From Bacteroidia bacterium (GTDB lineage Bacteria > Bacteroidota > Bacteroidia > NS11-12g > UBA9320): DNA of 64,000 nt. Below the pieces are notes generated by a model. That model was not told the DNA's origin, did no database searches, and saw nothing but the letters and a program-made list of their open reading frames with translations. Shown in pieces: positions 18,993 to 28,901 of the stretch (positions are counted from its first letter, which is position 1; the number at the start of each line of letters is the position of its first letter). The position numbers and the translations under genes are program-made. The stretch is taken from contig JADLGN010000016.1 in assembly GCA_020849295.1 (NCBI GenBank), forward strand, positions 8,099 to 72,098, written 5' to 3'.

Positions 18993-19904
18993 ATGAATTC
19001 TGAAAATCAAAAAGGACTAATTGGAACAATAATATTTCATGGATTATTATTTCTATGCGGACTGCTTATGAGTTTTTCTGATATTACAGGCGGAGGTGGA
19101 GGCGGCGGTGGCAATAACTCGATTGGAGAAGCACTTGGTGGACTTGAAGTATCCTTAGGAGAGCCTGATTTGGGAGGCACAGACGAAGAAAACGGATATA
19201 CAACAGAGCAACCAGAACCAGCAGCAACAGAAACACCGCAAGAAGAATCAATACTTACTGATGACAATTCTGAAGAACCTATATTACCATCAAAAGAGGC
19301 AGAAACTAAACCTAAAACTCCGGTTGAAACTAAACCAAAAATAACTCCACCTACATATAAACAAACCAAAACTCCACCTACACCCCCCGAAAGAAAAATT
19401 GATTCTAAAGGTCTTTTTACCAAAAAAGGCGGAAACAAAGGCGATGGAAGCAATCCTGGTAATGAAGGACATCCTGACGGAAGTCTATACGGAGATAAAG
19501 ATGGTAATAATAAAAAAGGAGATGGAAATGGCGGGCCAGGGAACGGACCCGGCAATGGACCTGGTAATGGTCCCGGAGATGGACCAGGTGATGGGCCAGG
19601 TGATGGACCCGGCAAAGGACCAGGAAGTGGTAATAGTGTTAAATTTGACCTTTCAGGATTTAAAAGAAATAAAGAATTTAATATCGAAACTAATCGTGCC
19701 GGAGCAGGAACAGTGATTATAGAAATATGTGTTTACAAAGATGGAAAATTAAAATCAGCCAGACCTCTGCTTGGTGGCACTATGACTGATAAATATTTTA
19801 TAGAACTTGCATTAAGAGCTGTAAAAGAAAACACATATAGTCCTACAGGAAACTCAAGTACAGAAACTTGCGGAAAGGTTAAATTCACCTTTAAAACGAG
19901 GTAA
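18993..19904 (+). CDS. TonB-like energy-transducer family protein with a Gly/Pro-rich linker
   Basis: N-terminal TM anchor (LIGTIIFHGLLFLCGLLM), G8 tract, Pro/Thr/Lys-rich spacer, GPGx repeats, and a C-terminal TonB_C-like fold (GTVIIEICVYKDGKL...GKVKFTFK). Confidence 0.5.
   Translation: MNSENQKGLIGTIIFHGLLFLCGLLMSFSDITGGGGGGGGNNSIGEALGGLEVSLGEPDLGGTDEENGYTTEQPEPAATETPQEESILTDDNSEEPILPSKEAETKPKTPVETKPKITPPTYKQTKTPPTPPERKIDSKGLFTKKGGNKGDGSNPGNEGHPDGSLYGDKDGNNKKGDGNGGPGNGPGNGPGNGPGDGPGDGPGDGPGKGPGSGNSVKFDLSGFKRNKEFNIETNRAGAGTVIIEICVYKDGKLKSARPLLGGTMTDKYFIELALRAVKENTYSPTGNSSTETCGKVKFTFKTR
19533..19631 (+). repeat. imperfect 12-nt tandem repeat encoding (GPGN)3(GPGD)3 GPGK GPGS
   Basis: ggg cca ggg aac / gga ccc ggc aat / gga cct ggt aat / ggt ccc gga gat ... 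Synonymous codons vary between units. Local G+C is far above the window background. Confidence 0.85.
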
Positions 19905-19915
19905 AATCTTTTCTT

Positions 19916-21163
19916 TTGAATTACCAAAGCATTTTAAAATACCTTTATAACAGGTTGCCGATGTTTCAAAGAATTGGAAGTGCAGCCTATAAGACAGATT
20001 TAATAAATACTATAAGACTTTGTGAAGTAACAGGTAATCCTTACCAACAGCTAAAAACAATACATATAGCTGGGACAAATGGTAAAGGGTCAATCTCTCA
20101 TGCTATTTCAGCAATTTTTCAGAAATCTGGTTTCAAAACAGGTTTGTACACTTCACCTCATCTTGTAGATTTCAGAGAAAGAATTAAAATCAATGGAAAA
20201 TTTATTAGTAAAAAATATGTTAGAGACTTTGTAAATGAATATTACAAAGAAATAGAAGAAATAAATCCTTCATTTTTTGAAGTAACGGTAGCAATGGCAT
20301 TTAAATATTTTAAAGAAAAAAAAGTAGATATTGCAATAATTGAAACCGGTCTTGGAGGTAGGCTTGACAGTACAAATATTATTACACCTTTACTTTCGGT
20401 TATTTCTAATATTAGTTTTGATCATACAGCTTTACTTGGAAATACATTGCAAGAAATTGCTTTTGAAAAAGCTGGTATAATAAAAGAAAATGTTCCTGTT
20501 GTAATTGGAGAAACTCAAGAAAGCATTAAAGAAATATTTATTAATAAAGCCTTAGAATGTAATTCTTCAATATTTTTTGCTGACAAAAATTTGTCATTAT
20601 ATAATAAAAAAATTGAAAGTGACCTAAAAGGAGATTATCAGCAAAGAAATATGTTGACTGTTTTGCAATGTGTTGAAGTTTTAAATGAAAGAAATTTCAA
20701 ACTTGAAAAATCAATAGTAAATAATGCACTTAAAAATATTAAGAAACTCACAGGATTAAGAGGTAGATGGGACATACTAAGCGAAAAGCCGATGGTAATT
20801 TGCGATACTGCACATAATGAAGCCGGATTGAAAGTAGTTTTTAATCAAATTGGTAATATTAATTTCAAAAAACTTCATATTGTTTTTGGAGTAGTAAATG
20901 ATAAGGATACAAAGATGTATTGGGATTTTTTGCCTTCAAATGCATATTATTATTTCTGCAAGCCTGATATTCCAAGAGGCAGAGAGGCTAAAAGTATTGC
21001 AAACGAAGCAATGGAAAAAGGAATAAAAGGATTAATTTTTAATTCTGTACTTGAAGCGGTTATTTATGCCAAAAGTATTGCTAATGCAAATGATTTAATC
21101 TTTATAGGAGGTAGTACTTTTACAGTTGCCGACTATTATACAGCGATTGAAAATAATAAATAA
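19916..21163 (+). CDS. folC: bifunctional folylpolyglutamate synthase / dihydrofolate synthase
   Basis: HIAGTNGKGS P-loop, IIETGLGGRLDSTN. The family-typical N-terminus (M)NYQSILKYLYNRLPMFQRIG requires the TTG start at 19916. Confidence 0.9.
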   Translation: MNYQSILKYLYNRLPMFQRIGSAAYKTDLINTIRLCEVTGNPYQQLKTIHIAGTNGKGSISHAISAIFQKSGFKTGLYTSPHLVDFRERIKINGKFISKKYVRDFVNEYYKEIEEINPSFFEVTVAMAFKYFKEKKVDIAIIETGLGGRLDSTNIITPLLSVISNISFDHTALLGNTLQEIAFEKAGIIKENVPVVIGETQESIKEIFINKALECNSSIFFADKNLSLYNKKIESDLKGDYQQRNMLTVLQCVEVLNERNFKLEKSIVNNALKNIKKLTGLRGRWDILSEKPMVICDTAHNEAGLKVVFNQIGNINFKKLHIVFGVVNDKDTKMYWDFLPSNAYYYFCKPDIPRGREAKSIANEAMEKGIKGLIFNSVLEAVIYAKSIANANDLIFIGGSTFTVADYYTAIENNK

Positions 21164-21165
21164 TT

Positions 21166-24100
21166 TTATTTAATTACATTGATTAACATCTTTTGTACGA
21201 ACATTCTTGGATAACCACCATGATCTTTACGATATGAGATAATAGTTGGATATGCTCCGTCTGTAACCATTTCACCTTTACTTGTTATTCCATCCCAACC
21301 TTTTGCAGGGTCGCCTTTGTATATTATTTCTCCCCAACGGTTAAAAATTAATAATTCTACCCATTCTATAACCATTCCTTTAGGCATCCACTTATCGTTA
21401 GTACCGTCATCATTAGGAGAAAAAGCATTTGGGAATAATAATCTGCAACCATTTTCATCAACTGTAATTAATACACTGAAACTATCTTTGCCGCATTTAT
21501 TTGTAGCTACAAACCAATACAAACCTGGTTCGGTAATTTTTCTTTTTGGAGAATTGTTTCCGTCTTGCCACAAATAGGAAGTATTAGGTGAGGTAAAGTC
21601 GAATGAAATATTTGGATTATGACAAAACATTGAGTCAGTAAAACCAAAGTCCATTATTGGATTAAGTGCAGGATTATATTGATAAGATACACTTACAGTA
21701 TCTCCATCTAAACATGCACCGTTTGAAGCTTTCACCCAATACGTGCCTCCTGGCGATGTTACGTTTATACTTGGGGTATTTGCTCCAGTATTCCAAGTAT
21801 AAACTTCGGCAGCAGCAGCTGACACATCAAGAACTACAGGGTTAGGAATATTGTCACAAACATCTATATCTAAACCAAGATTTACTGTAGGTGTAACCTT
21901 ATAATTTACCATTACAGTGTCATAAACAGGGCAATATCCATCCGAAATTTTTCCTATAAACTTACCTCCGGGTGTATTTACTGTATATTTTGGCATATTG
22001 GTAAGTGATGTGCCTGTACCTGAAATCCATTCAAATTGTACAGCACCTGCAAAGGAGGATAAATCGTAATCTTGTGTAGCATTATCACACAGATTTACAT
22101 CTGGTCCTAAGTTTATTGTTAGTGGCATGCGGTAAGTTACTTTTATTGTATCACTACTATTGCAAACTCCATCATCACCTTCAACCCAGTATTTAGTTGT
22201 ACCCGGTATATATGTAGTTTTGCGTATCCCTGTTATTTTATTGTTATCCCACCAGTTGAATGATTTGAACATATATTTTGCTACATTCAAATCAACAGAT
22301 TGGTTTTTACAAAGTATTGTATCATTACCCAAATTAATAAGAGTAGCGTTTTTGAATGTTACATTAATGGTATCAGAAGACTTACAAACTTTTTTAGGTG
22401 TATCTCGTAGGTCAACCCAATATTTTCCGGTTGTTGTAATAGGGTAACTGTTTGCAACAGTATTTCCCATCCAAGTATATTCTACATTATTAAGAACTGA
22501 ACTTATAGGGTTAAAAGTTTTACCATAGCACAAAATTGTGTCATTGCCTAATGAAAATGCAGCTATTGATTTTTCAAAAATTTCAATTGTATCACTTGTT
22601 TTACATGTTCCATTGGTAACATTTACCCATTTTTTGCCTGCTGTAGTTGCTGTATAAGTTGATTTTGTACTGTTATCGTGCCAAACCCAAGTTTTTATCC
22701 CTGAAAATGCAGCATTAACAACATAGCTGCCACCTTTGCAAATAAATGTATCTTTACCAATATCTAATGACATTTTTGATTGGAATGTAATATTTGCTGA
22801 GTCATAATTACTGTAGCATAATGTGTCTTTTATTCTTGCCCAATATATTCCGCTTGTTTTTACTTTTAGTACAGAGTCGGTACTATTATCACTCCACAAA
22901 TAAGATTTTGAAAATTGAGTTTTTGCACTTAGCTGAAGGCTATCACCTACACATAATAAAGAATCAGGTCCGATACTAAGTTGTGGTCTTATTGAATGTT
23001 TGATGTACATTGTATCATAAGAATCACATCTGCCATTACTCGCTTTTACCCAAAGTATTCCTGTGTCTTTTGCCCATGTTGACGAAGTTGTATCTCCTGT
23101 ACTCCACAAAAATTTAGTACCTTCTTTTGCTGTAATATTTACACTATCATATTCACAAATAAGTGTATCATTGCCAAGTGATATAACTGGAAAATTAATT
23201 ACATCAAGGTATAGTGAATCTCTTGTAGAACATCCTCCAACTTTTACATCTACCCAATGCCAACCTTTGGTATTGGCTGAGTTTACAGGTATTGTATATG
23301 TGTTGCTCCATGTATAAGTACCATTGGTAGTAGTTGCGTCCATTACAATACTTTCTCCGTCACATACTGATGTATCCCTTCCTATATTTACTTTTGGATT
23401 AGAAAAAATAGTTACTTTTTTTCTTGCTGTGTCAGCATAACAATCAGGACTTGTAGTTTTTCTGAATAATTCAACAAAAACTGAATATGTTTTAGCACTA
23501 GAAAATTTATGAAAAACTGTAAAACCTGTTGCTGTGTTATTAGAACCTGTAGTAGGATCTCCAAAATCCCATTTTGCTGAATCTACCCCGGTTGAATCTG
23601 TAATAAATAGTTTTGTGAGCTGCCCTTCACAAAGGTTTGCCGAATTACTACCCCATTCAAATTCTGCTTTATTAAAAAATGAGTTAATAAATGTAGGCAC
23701 ACCCATTTGCGAACGTTTTGGAGAAATATCAATTCCATTATTAACAAATGAGCAGGCTGTTCCACGACAATTTGGCTTTTGAATGCAAGAAAGATATTGG
23801 GCACCTGAAGAAAATGTTCCTCTTGCAATATATATTTTGCCGTCAGGACCTAATTGCATTCCACCACCGGAATAAGTAGAAAAAGAATTTACAACTCTAA
23901 TACAACTATTGCCTATAGAATCTGCATTGCCATTTCCTGCAAGTAAATCAAACTGCCAAATTCCGTCACCTCCGTCACCAGTCATCCAACTTGGGATATA
24001 AAAACTTGTATAAAAATATCTGCCATTAGGTGAAACTTCAACTCCATATATTGCACTAATGTTTCCAACTCCACTTTTAATATTTGTTTTATCAATTATC

Positions 24101-24936
24101 TGAGGGTTTGATAATTTACCTGTCAAATTATCAAAATCATAAATCTCAATTCTTCCCATATTATTTGCGTATCCACCCATAGAGCCTGATTGTTGTCCGG
24201 CAATAGCACATATTAATTTTGTGCCATCAGGTGTAAATTTCATATATCCTTTTGAATAACCTTTAGAACCGGTTCCTGTTTTAGACCAAGTTGGTCCTAT
24301 TGATTGCACTGATGGATTGTCAAAAGTAGAGGGTTTGCTACTTGCAGTTAGTTTATAAACATAGAAATTATTATCATCTGCTGTATGGTTTATTATCCAA
24401 GTATCAACCTTATTTGCATGTTTTACGGCTGCTACTTTTTCTGGTGCATATTTGTTGTTTTTTGATTTACAAATTAATCTATAACTTTCTTTAGGTGTAT
24501 TTCCGGCATCAAGATTTGGCAAAAGGTTTCTTGTAATAGTGTCGTATATTGCAACTTGAAAACCATTATTGCCCCATTCTTCATCAACTGTAAAAATCCA
24601 GTAACGACTACCTAATACGGGCTGCTGAACTATTACTCCACTCTGGGTAGATGAATTATGTCCCAATAGTTTTTTACCTGAGTTTCTAAGGCTATGGTCT
24701 CTGTCATATACGTATTCGCCATCAGTATAAAACAATAGTCTGCCTTTTGAATCGGAAATACTTGCAACCCCTTCCCAGTTATTCATTTTTCCGTTCAAAT
24801 CTTTTACCGGGGCATTGTTTGTACCAGTAAATGAAATTCCGGCATTTTGACCAAAATACCACCATGTAGTTTCTTTTTGTGCTATAAGATTAAGTGAAAG
24901 AATTGTAGCAAATAATAATACAATTGACTTTTTCAT
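21166..24936 (-). CDS. large cell-surface protein with a T9SS type-B (gliding motility-associated) C-terminal domain
   Basis: Signal peptide; N-terminal propeller-like region; PKD-like domain (WDFGD); nine tandem two-Cys modules. C-terminus LLFPNAFSPNDDGTNDKWMPKG...FNRWGEIIY... matches the type-B CTD signature. Confidence 0.8.
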   Translation of the reverse strand: MKKSIVLLFATILSLNLIAQKETTWWYFGQNAGISFTGTNNAPVKDLNGKMNNWEGVASISDSKGRLLFYTDGEYVYDRDHSLRNSGKKLLGHNSSTQSGVIVQQPVLGSRYWIFTVDEEWGNNGFQVAIYDTITRNLLPNLDAGNTPKESYRLICKSKNNKYAPEKVAAVKHANKVDTWIINHTADDNNFYVYKLTASSKPSTFDNPSVQSIGPTWSKTGTGSKGYSKGYMKFTPDGTKLICAIAGQQSGSMGGYANNMGRIEIYDFDNLTGKLSNPQIIDKTNIKSGVGNISAIYGVEVSPNGRYFYTSFYIPSWMTGDGGDGIWQFDLLAGNGNADSIGNSCIRVVNSFSTYSGGGMQLGPDGKIYIARGTFSSGAQYLSCIQKPNCRGTACSFVNNGIDISPKRSQMGVPTFINSFFNKAEFEWGSNSANLCEGQLTKLFITDSTGVDSAKWDFGDPTTGSNNTATGFTVFHKFSSAKTYSVFVELFRKTTSPDCYADTARKKVTIFSNPKVNIGRDTSVCDGESIVMDATTTNGTYTWSNTYTIPVNSANTKGWHWVDVKVGGCSTRDSLYLDVINFPVISLGNDTLICEYDSVNITAKEGTKFLWSTGDTTSSTWAKDTGILWVKASNGRCDSYDTMYIKHSIRPQLSIGPDSLLCVGDSLQLSAKTQFSKSYLWSDNSTDSVLKVKTSGIYWARIKDTLCYSNYDSANITFQSKMSLDIGKDTFICKGGSYVVNAAFSGIKTWVWHDNSTKSTYTATTAGKKWVNVTNGTCKTSDTIEIFEKSIAAFSLGNDTILCYGKTFNPISSVLNNVEYTWMGNTVANSYPITTTGKYWVDLRDTPKKVCKSSDTINVTFKNATLINLGNDTILCKNQSVDLNVAKYMFKSFNWWDNNKITGIRKTTYIPGTTKYWVEGDDGVCNSSDTIKVTYRMPLTINLGPDVNLCDNATQDYDLSSFAGAVQFEWISGTGTSLTNMPKYTVNTPGGKFIGKISDGYCPVYDTVMVNYKVTPTVNLGLDIDVCDNIPNPVVLDVSAAAAEVYTWNTGANTPSINVTSPGGTYWVKASNGACLDGDTVSVSYQYNPALNPIMDFGFTDSMFCHNPNISFDFTSPNTSYLWQDGNNSPKRKITEPGLYWFVATNKCGKDSFSVLITVDENGCRLLFPNAFSPNDDGTNDKWMPKGMVIEWVELLIFNRWGEIIYKGDPAKGWDGITSKGEMVTDGAYPTIISYRKDHGGYPRMFVQKMLINVIK
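21457..23394 (-). repeat. nine tandem modules of about 65-75 aa (protein-level repeat) inside the type-B cargo gene
   Basis: Recurrent pattern [IV]xLGxDxxxCxxxx...(Y/F)xW....(Y/K)WV....G.C...D.[IV]xV, e.g. ISLGNDTLICEYD..., LSIGPDSLLCVGD..., FSLGNDTILCYGK..., INLGNDTILCKNQ..., VNLGLDIDVCDNI... Confidence 0.7.
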
Positions 24937-24992
24937 AGAAATTTTTAAGTATTAAAAGCCGAAAATTAGAAATTTAATTTTGAATAAACAAG

Positions 24993-26759
24993 TTATTCAA
25001 AATCAATGGTTATAGGAAGTCGAGTTTGTATTCCTTTGCTATTTGATATTAATTTTAATGTAGAATACCAATTGTAATATTCGCCAAGCTCTGATTTTAG
25101 GGCTTTGCGTGTTTTTTCTTCATTCGAAAATAATTCTAAAATTTGCTCGTATTGACTTTTTTGATGAGGATACTCAATTAATTTGTAGTCTTTTAATTTT
25201 GCTTTATATTTTGCAATTTCCATTGCTTTATCAATTCCTCCTAAAACGTCAACAAGCTGTATTTGCTGGGCTTGAGAGCCTGTCCATACTCTTCCTTGTC
25301 CTATTGAGTCAACTTGGTTTTTTGGAATTTTTCTACCCGATGACACATTTGTCAAGAATTTGTCATATATTCTTTCAACTAAATTTTGTACTATTTCGGC
25401 TTCTTCTTTTTTCATTTTTCTATCAATTCTTCCAAAGTCAGAAAACTCTCCGGTTGTAACATAATCCTGATTTATCCCAAGTTTTTCATTCAATAGTTTT
25501 TGCATATTTGGTACAAGTCCAAATACACCAATACTACCTGTAAGAGTATATGGATGAGCTACAATAGTATCTGCAGGTGTGGCTATATAATAGCCTCCGG
25601 AGGCAGCAACTTCTGCCATTGAAACAATCAATGGTTTGTGTTTTTTTAATAAGTTTAGTTCTCTCCAAATTACCTCACTTGCAAGTGCGCTGCCACCTGG
25701 CGAATTAATCCTTAGTACAACTGCTTTAATTTTGTCATCTTCACGTATTTTTCTTACTAATGCAGAAAACTTATCACTGCCTATTTGATTATCATCTCCC
25801 TTGCCGCTAACTATATCGCCAGAAGCATATATTATTGCAATCTTATCTTTGGTTTCTTTTGTTTCATTTTTAATTGTCTTTTTGTATTTAGCTAATGTTA
25901 TAAATTTAATATCTTTAATCTTGCCGTTTTTAAGCCCTAATCTTGATTTTATATCTTCAAGTACTTCGTCACGATATGTTAATTTATCTACTAAACCAAA
26001 TTTTACAGCACTTTCATTGTCTCTCACAAGCCATTTTGATGCAATTTCTTGTACCTTTTGTTCTGGTAATTTTCTACTAATGGCTATATTCTTATATAAA
26101 TTAATTGCTATTGATTTTAAATATTCATCAATTTGTCTGCGATTTTCAGGACTTAACTGGTCTAAAATAAATGGTTCAACTGCACCTTTAAATTTTCCAT
26201 GTCTTATTACCTGAACTTCAATTCCAAGCTTTTCAAGTGCATTTTTAAAGAAAGTAACTTTTGCCGATAATCCGTTAAATACAATATCTCCCTCAGGATT
26301 CAGATAAATTTTATCAGCACATGAAGCAAGATAATAGGTTGTTTCATAGTAATATTCTGCATAAGCAATAACAAATTTACCCGATTTTTTAAAATCAAGA
26401 ATTTGGTTTCTAATCTCTTCGGTTTTTGCAAAACCAGCTCCTATAAAATTGAGATCAAGGAAAATCCCTTTTATTTTCGGGTCATTTTTAGCATGTTTTA
26501 TTGAAGCCAAAATTTCATTTAAACCTATTGGGTTTCCCATATCAGGTTCAATATTTCCAAAAAGATTAAATGGTTGTTCTACATCTTGATCGTTTATGTT
26601 ATAGTTAAAAGTGAGTTTTAGAACTGAATTATCTTCAACCTTAACTTCATCTTTCGAGTCTATTGACGATACTATGCCTACTGCTATTAGTATAAAAAGT
26701 ATGCACAAGATTATATACGCCGTTATTGCTGCTAATACAAATTTGAAAAATTGCTTCAT
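24993..26759 (-). CDS. sppA: signal peptide peptidase SppA, 67K type
   Basis: 588 aa. N-terminal TM helix and two ClpP/crotonase-like halves, including the INSPGGSALASE serine site. Confidence 0.9.
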   Translation of the reverse strand: MKQFFKFVLAAITAYIILCILFILIAVGIVSSIDSKDEVKVEDNSVLKLTFNYNINDQDVEQPFNLFGNIEPDMGNPIGLNEILASIKHAKNDPKIKGIFLDLNFIGAGFAKTEEIRNQILDFKKSGKFVIAYAEYYYETTYYLASCADKIYLNPEGDIVFNGLSAKVTFFKNALEKLGIEVQVIRHGKFKGAVEPFILDQLSPENRRQIDEYLKSIAINLYKNIAISRKLPEQKVQEIASKWLVRDNESAVKFGLVDKLTYRDEVLEDIKSRLGLKNGKIKDIKFITLAKYKKTIKNETKETKDKIAIIYASGDIVSGKGDDNQIGSDKFSALVRKIREDDKIKAVVLRINSPGGSALASEVIWRELNLLKKHKPLIVSMAEVAASGGYYIATPADTIVAHPYTLTGSIGVFGLVPNMQKLLNEKLGINQDYVTTGEFSDFGRIDRKMKKEEAEIVQNLVERIYDKFLTNVSSGRKIPKNQVDSIGQGRVWTGSQAQQIQLVDVLGGIDKAMEIAKYKAKLKDYKLIEYPHQKSQYEQILELFSNEEKTRKALKSELGEYYNWYSTLKLISNSKGIQTRLPITIDFE

Positions 26760-26920
26760 TGCGTTTTTTTTAGGTCTTAAAATATTTTTTTACGAAATTA
26801 TACCAATGCTTTAGTTTCATTGGTTTTCATATCGTTTAATAGTAAAATTATTTCGATTGAGTAGAAATATTGATAAATATTTTTAGATTTTCCTGTTTTA
26901 TTAATAAAAAAATCATAAAA

Positions 26921-28315
26921 TTAAAATTCATTAACTTCAAGTATTTTTTCATTATCCATTTTTGGTTTGTATTCGCCTTCCCATTTTGCTATTACAATAG
27001 TAGCAAGACAATTTCCAATTACATTTACAGCAGTGCGCCCCATATCCATTATTACATCTACTGCCATTATCAGATATACAGGCCACATAGGCATATTAAA
27101 TTGGCTAACTGTAGCTGCAAGTATTACAATGCTAGCCCTTGCAACACCTGCTACTCCTTTACTTGTAAGCATAAGTGTAAGGCAAATTAGTATTTGTTGT
27201 CCTATTGTAAGAGGAATACCAGCAACCTGGGCAACAAATATACTTGCAAGTGACAGATATAGTGTAGTTCCATCAAGGTTAAAACTATATCCAGTGGGTA
27301 AAACAAAACCTACTATTTTTGGGGGTACACCAATTCTTTCCATTTCTTCGATAGCTCTTGGGAGTGCAGACTCTGAACTTGCTGTTGCAAATGCAATGCT
27401 TACAGGTTCTGTAATTGCTGAAATAAATTTTTTAATTGGTACTTTTACTATAACTGCTATTGGAAGTAAAACACAACTTAAAAAAATTATAAGACCCATG
27501 TATAAAGCTCCTACAAGTTTTGCAAGTGGCAAAAACATTTCCATTCCCATATTACTTACTGTATATGCAATTGCTCCACCAACGGCAAATGGTGCAAATA
27601 ACATTACGATATTGGTAAATTTAAACATTATTTCGCTAAGACTTTCACAAAATGATAGCATTGGTTTTTTCTTAGAGTCGTTTAACATTGCCAGCCCTAT
27701 TCCAAACAATATACTAAAAACAACAACTTGAAGTATCAAACCCTCTGAAACTGATTTTGCAAAATTTTCAGGAAAAATATCTATAATATGTTCTTGCCAT
27801 GATTTTGGACTTGTTGGAATGATTTTTTCTTCAAGTATATCAGGTTTTGCAATTCCTTCGCCGGGTTTTACAATATTTACAACTGCAAGACCGATGAATA
27901 ATGCCACAGTTGTTACAACTTCAAAGTAAATAATAGATTTCAAACCCATTCTACCTATTTGTTTTAGGTCAGAATGTCCTGCTATTCCTACTACAAGAGT
28001 TCCGAAAAGCAAAGGTGCTATAATTGCTTTTATACATCTAAGAAATATACTGCCAAGCATTTTACCATTTTGGGCTATTTGCGGAAAGTAAAGACCAATT
28101 TCTGCACCTATAAACATACTTGTAAATATCCAAACTGTAAGGCTTTTTCTTTTTAATGCATAAAATATCAATAAAATTTCGCCCGACCAACGAATAAAAT
28201 CAAACCACTGCGATGTTTGAAATAAATTTATAACTGATGATAAATACCAGATAATAAAATAAACAGAAATTAGCAGGAGCGAAAATTGAAATAAATATTT
28301 TTTAATAGTGTTCAT
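26921..28315 (-). CDS. dicarboxylate/amino acid:cation symporter (DAACS, GltP/DctA-like)
   Basis: Polytopic membrane protein with ATASSESALP and SFNLDGTTLY motifs typical of glutamate/aspartate symporters. Confidence 0.85.
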   Translation of the reverse strand: MNTIKKYLFQFSLLLISVYFIIWYLSSVINLFQTSQWFDFIRWSGEILLIFYALKRKSLTVWIFTSMFIGAEIGLYFPQIAQNGKMLGSIFLRCIKAIIAPLLFGTLVVGIAGHSDLKQIGRMGLKSIIYFEVVTTVALFIGLAVVNIVKPGEGIAKPDILEEKIIPTSPKSWQEHIIDIFPENFAKSVSEGLILQVVVFSILFGIGLAMLNDSKKKPMLSFCESLSEIMFKFTNIVMLFAPFAVGGAIAYTVSNMGMEMFLPLAKLVGALYMGLIIFLSCVLLPIAVIVKVPIKKFISAITEPVSIAFATASSESALPRAIEEMERIGVPPKIVGFVLPTGYSFNLDGTTLYLSLASIFVAQVAGIPLTIGQQILICLTLMLTSKGVAGVARASIVILAATVSQFNMPMWPVYLIMAVDVIMDMGRTAVNVIGNCLATIVIAKWEGEYKPKMDNEKILEVNEF

Positions 28316-28369
28316 AAAAAATTTTTAGCAAATAAACTAAAGTTTAAGATAAATGGCAGTTTATTTATT

Positions 28370-28888
28370 TCAATTCTGTTTTGTAAATTTTAAGGAACTT
28401 TTCTTTTTGAGTTTTTTTGAGCAAAACTTATCAAATGCTTTTTGGTCCATTATGTATATATAATCTCCGCCTTCAGCTTTTATAAATTTTTTATTAAAGT
28501 ATTTTTTATAAATATCAGCATCAATAATATAAATAAATAGTTTCTTATCTGATATTTTTAGAGGGTAAATATCCCAAACTTCTTTGCCGTTTTCAATTTG
28601 CAATATGTTCAAATGGTAAAAATTTTTACCTTTTGATAATTTTGTTGATGAATTTAGTTTTCCGCCTTTAATTAAAAAATCATTAGGAAATGTTATTGAG
28701 TCTTTAGTTATAACCATAGTTATGGTATCTTGCACATGTTTATGCTTTTCTATAATAGTATATTTCCCTAAAAATTCATAAGGAAACTCGTTTATAATAT
28801 TTGGGTAATGCTTGTCAAAATGAACTGTACAATTGCTTACAGTAAGAATTAAGAAAAAATATAAAATCAAGCTTTTAATTTTTTTCAT
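28370..28888 (-). CDS. hypothetical lipoprotein
   Basis: Signal peptide with lipobox LTVSNC. No family recognised. Confidence 0.4.
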   Translation of the reverse strand: MKKIKSLILYFFLILTVSNCTVHFDKHYPNIINEFPYEFLGKYTIIEKHKHVQDTITMVITKDSITFPNDFLIKGGKLNSSTKLSKGKNFYHLNILQIENGKEVWDIYPLKISDKKLFIYIIDADIYKKYFNKKFIKAEGGDYIYIMDQKAFDKFCSKKLKKKSSLKFTKQN

Positions 28889-28901
28889 TCCTATTATTTT
28901 T

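Noticed and set aside
19037-19716. 192-aa minus-strand ORF (Pro/Gly/Ser-rich) and 105-aa plus-strand ORF overlapping the TonB-like gene.
   Set aside because: Both are products of the G+C-rich Gly/Pro repeat region read in other frames. Only the frame with an N-terminal TM anchor and a folded TonB_C-like C-terminus makes biological sense.
26802-26824. Hairpin ACCAATG-N9-CATTGGT in the 161-nt spacer downstream of the symporter gene.
   Set aside because: It is a 7-bp AT-rich stem. On the transcribed (minus) strand it is not followed by a U-run, so it may be fortuitous in AT-rich DNA. It is not reported as a terminator.
26967-27731. 254-aa ORF on the plus strand, entirely antisense to the DAACS symporter gene.
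   Set aside because: It lies wholly inside a well-supported membrane-transporter gene and has a biased, low-information composition (I/T/A/S/P-rich mirror of hydrophobic codons). It also has no motif, no promoter motif and no independent boundaries. It is best explained as a shadow ORF of a codon-biased gene.
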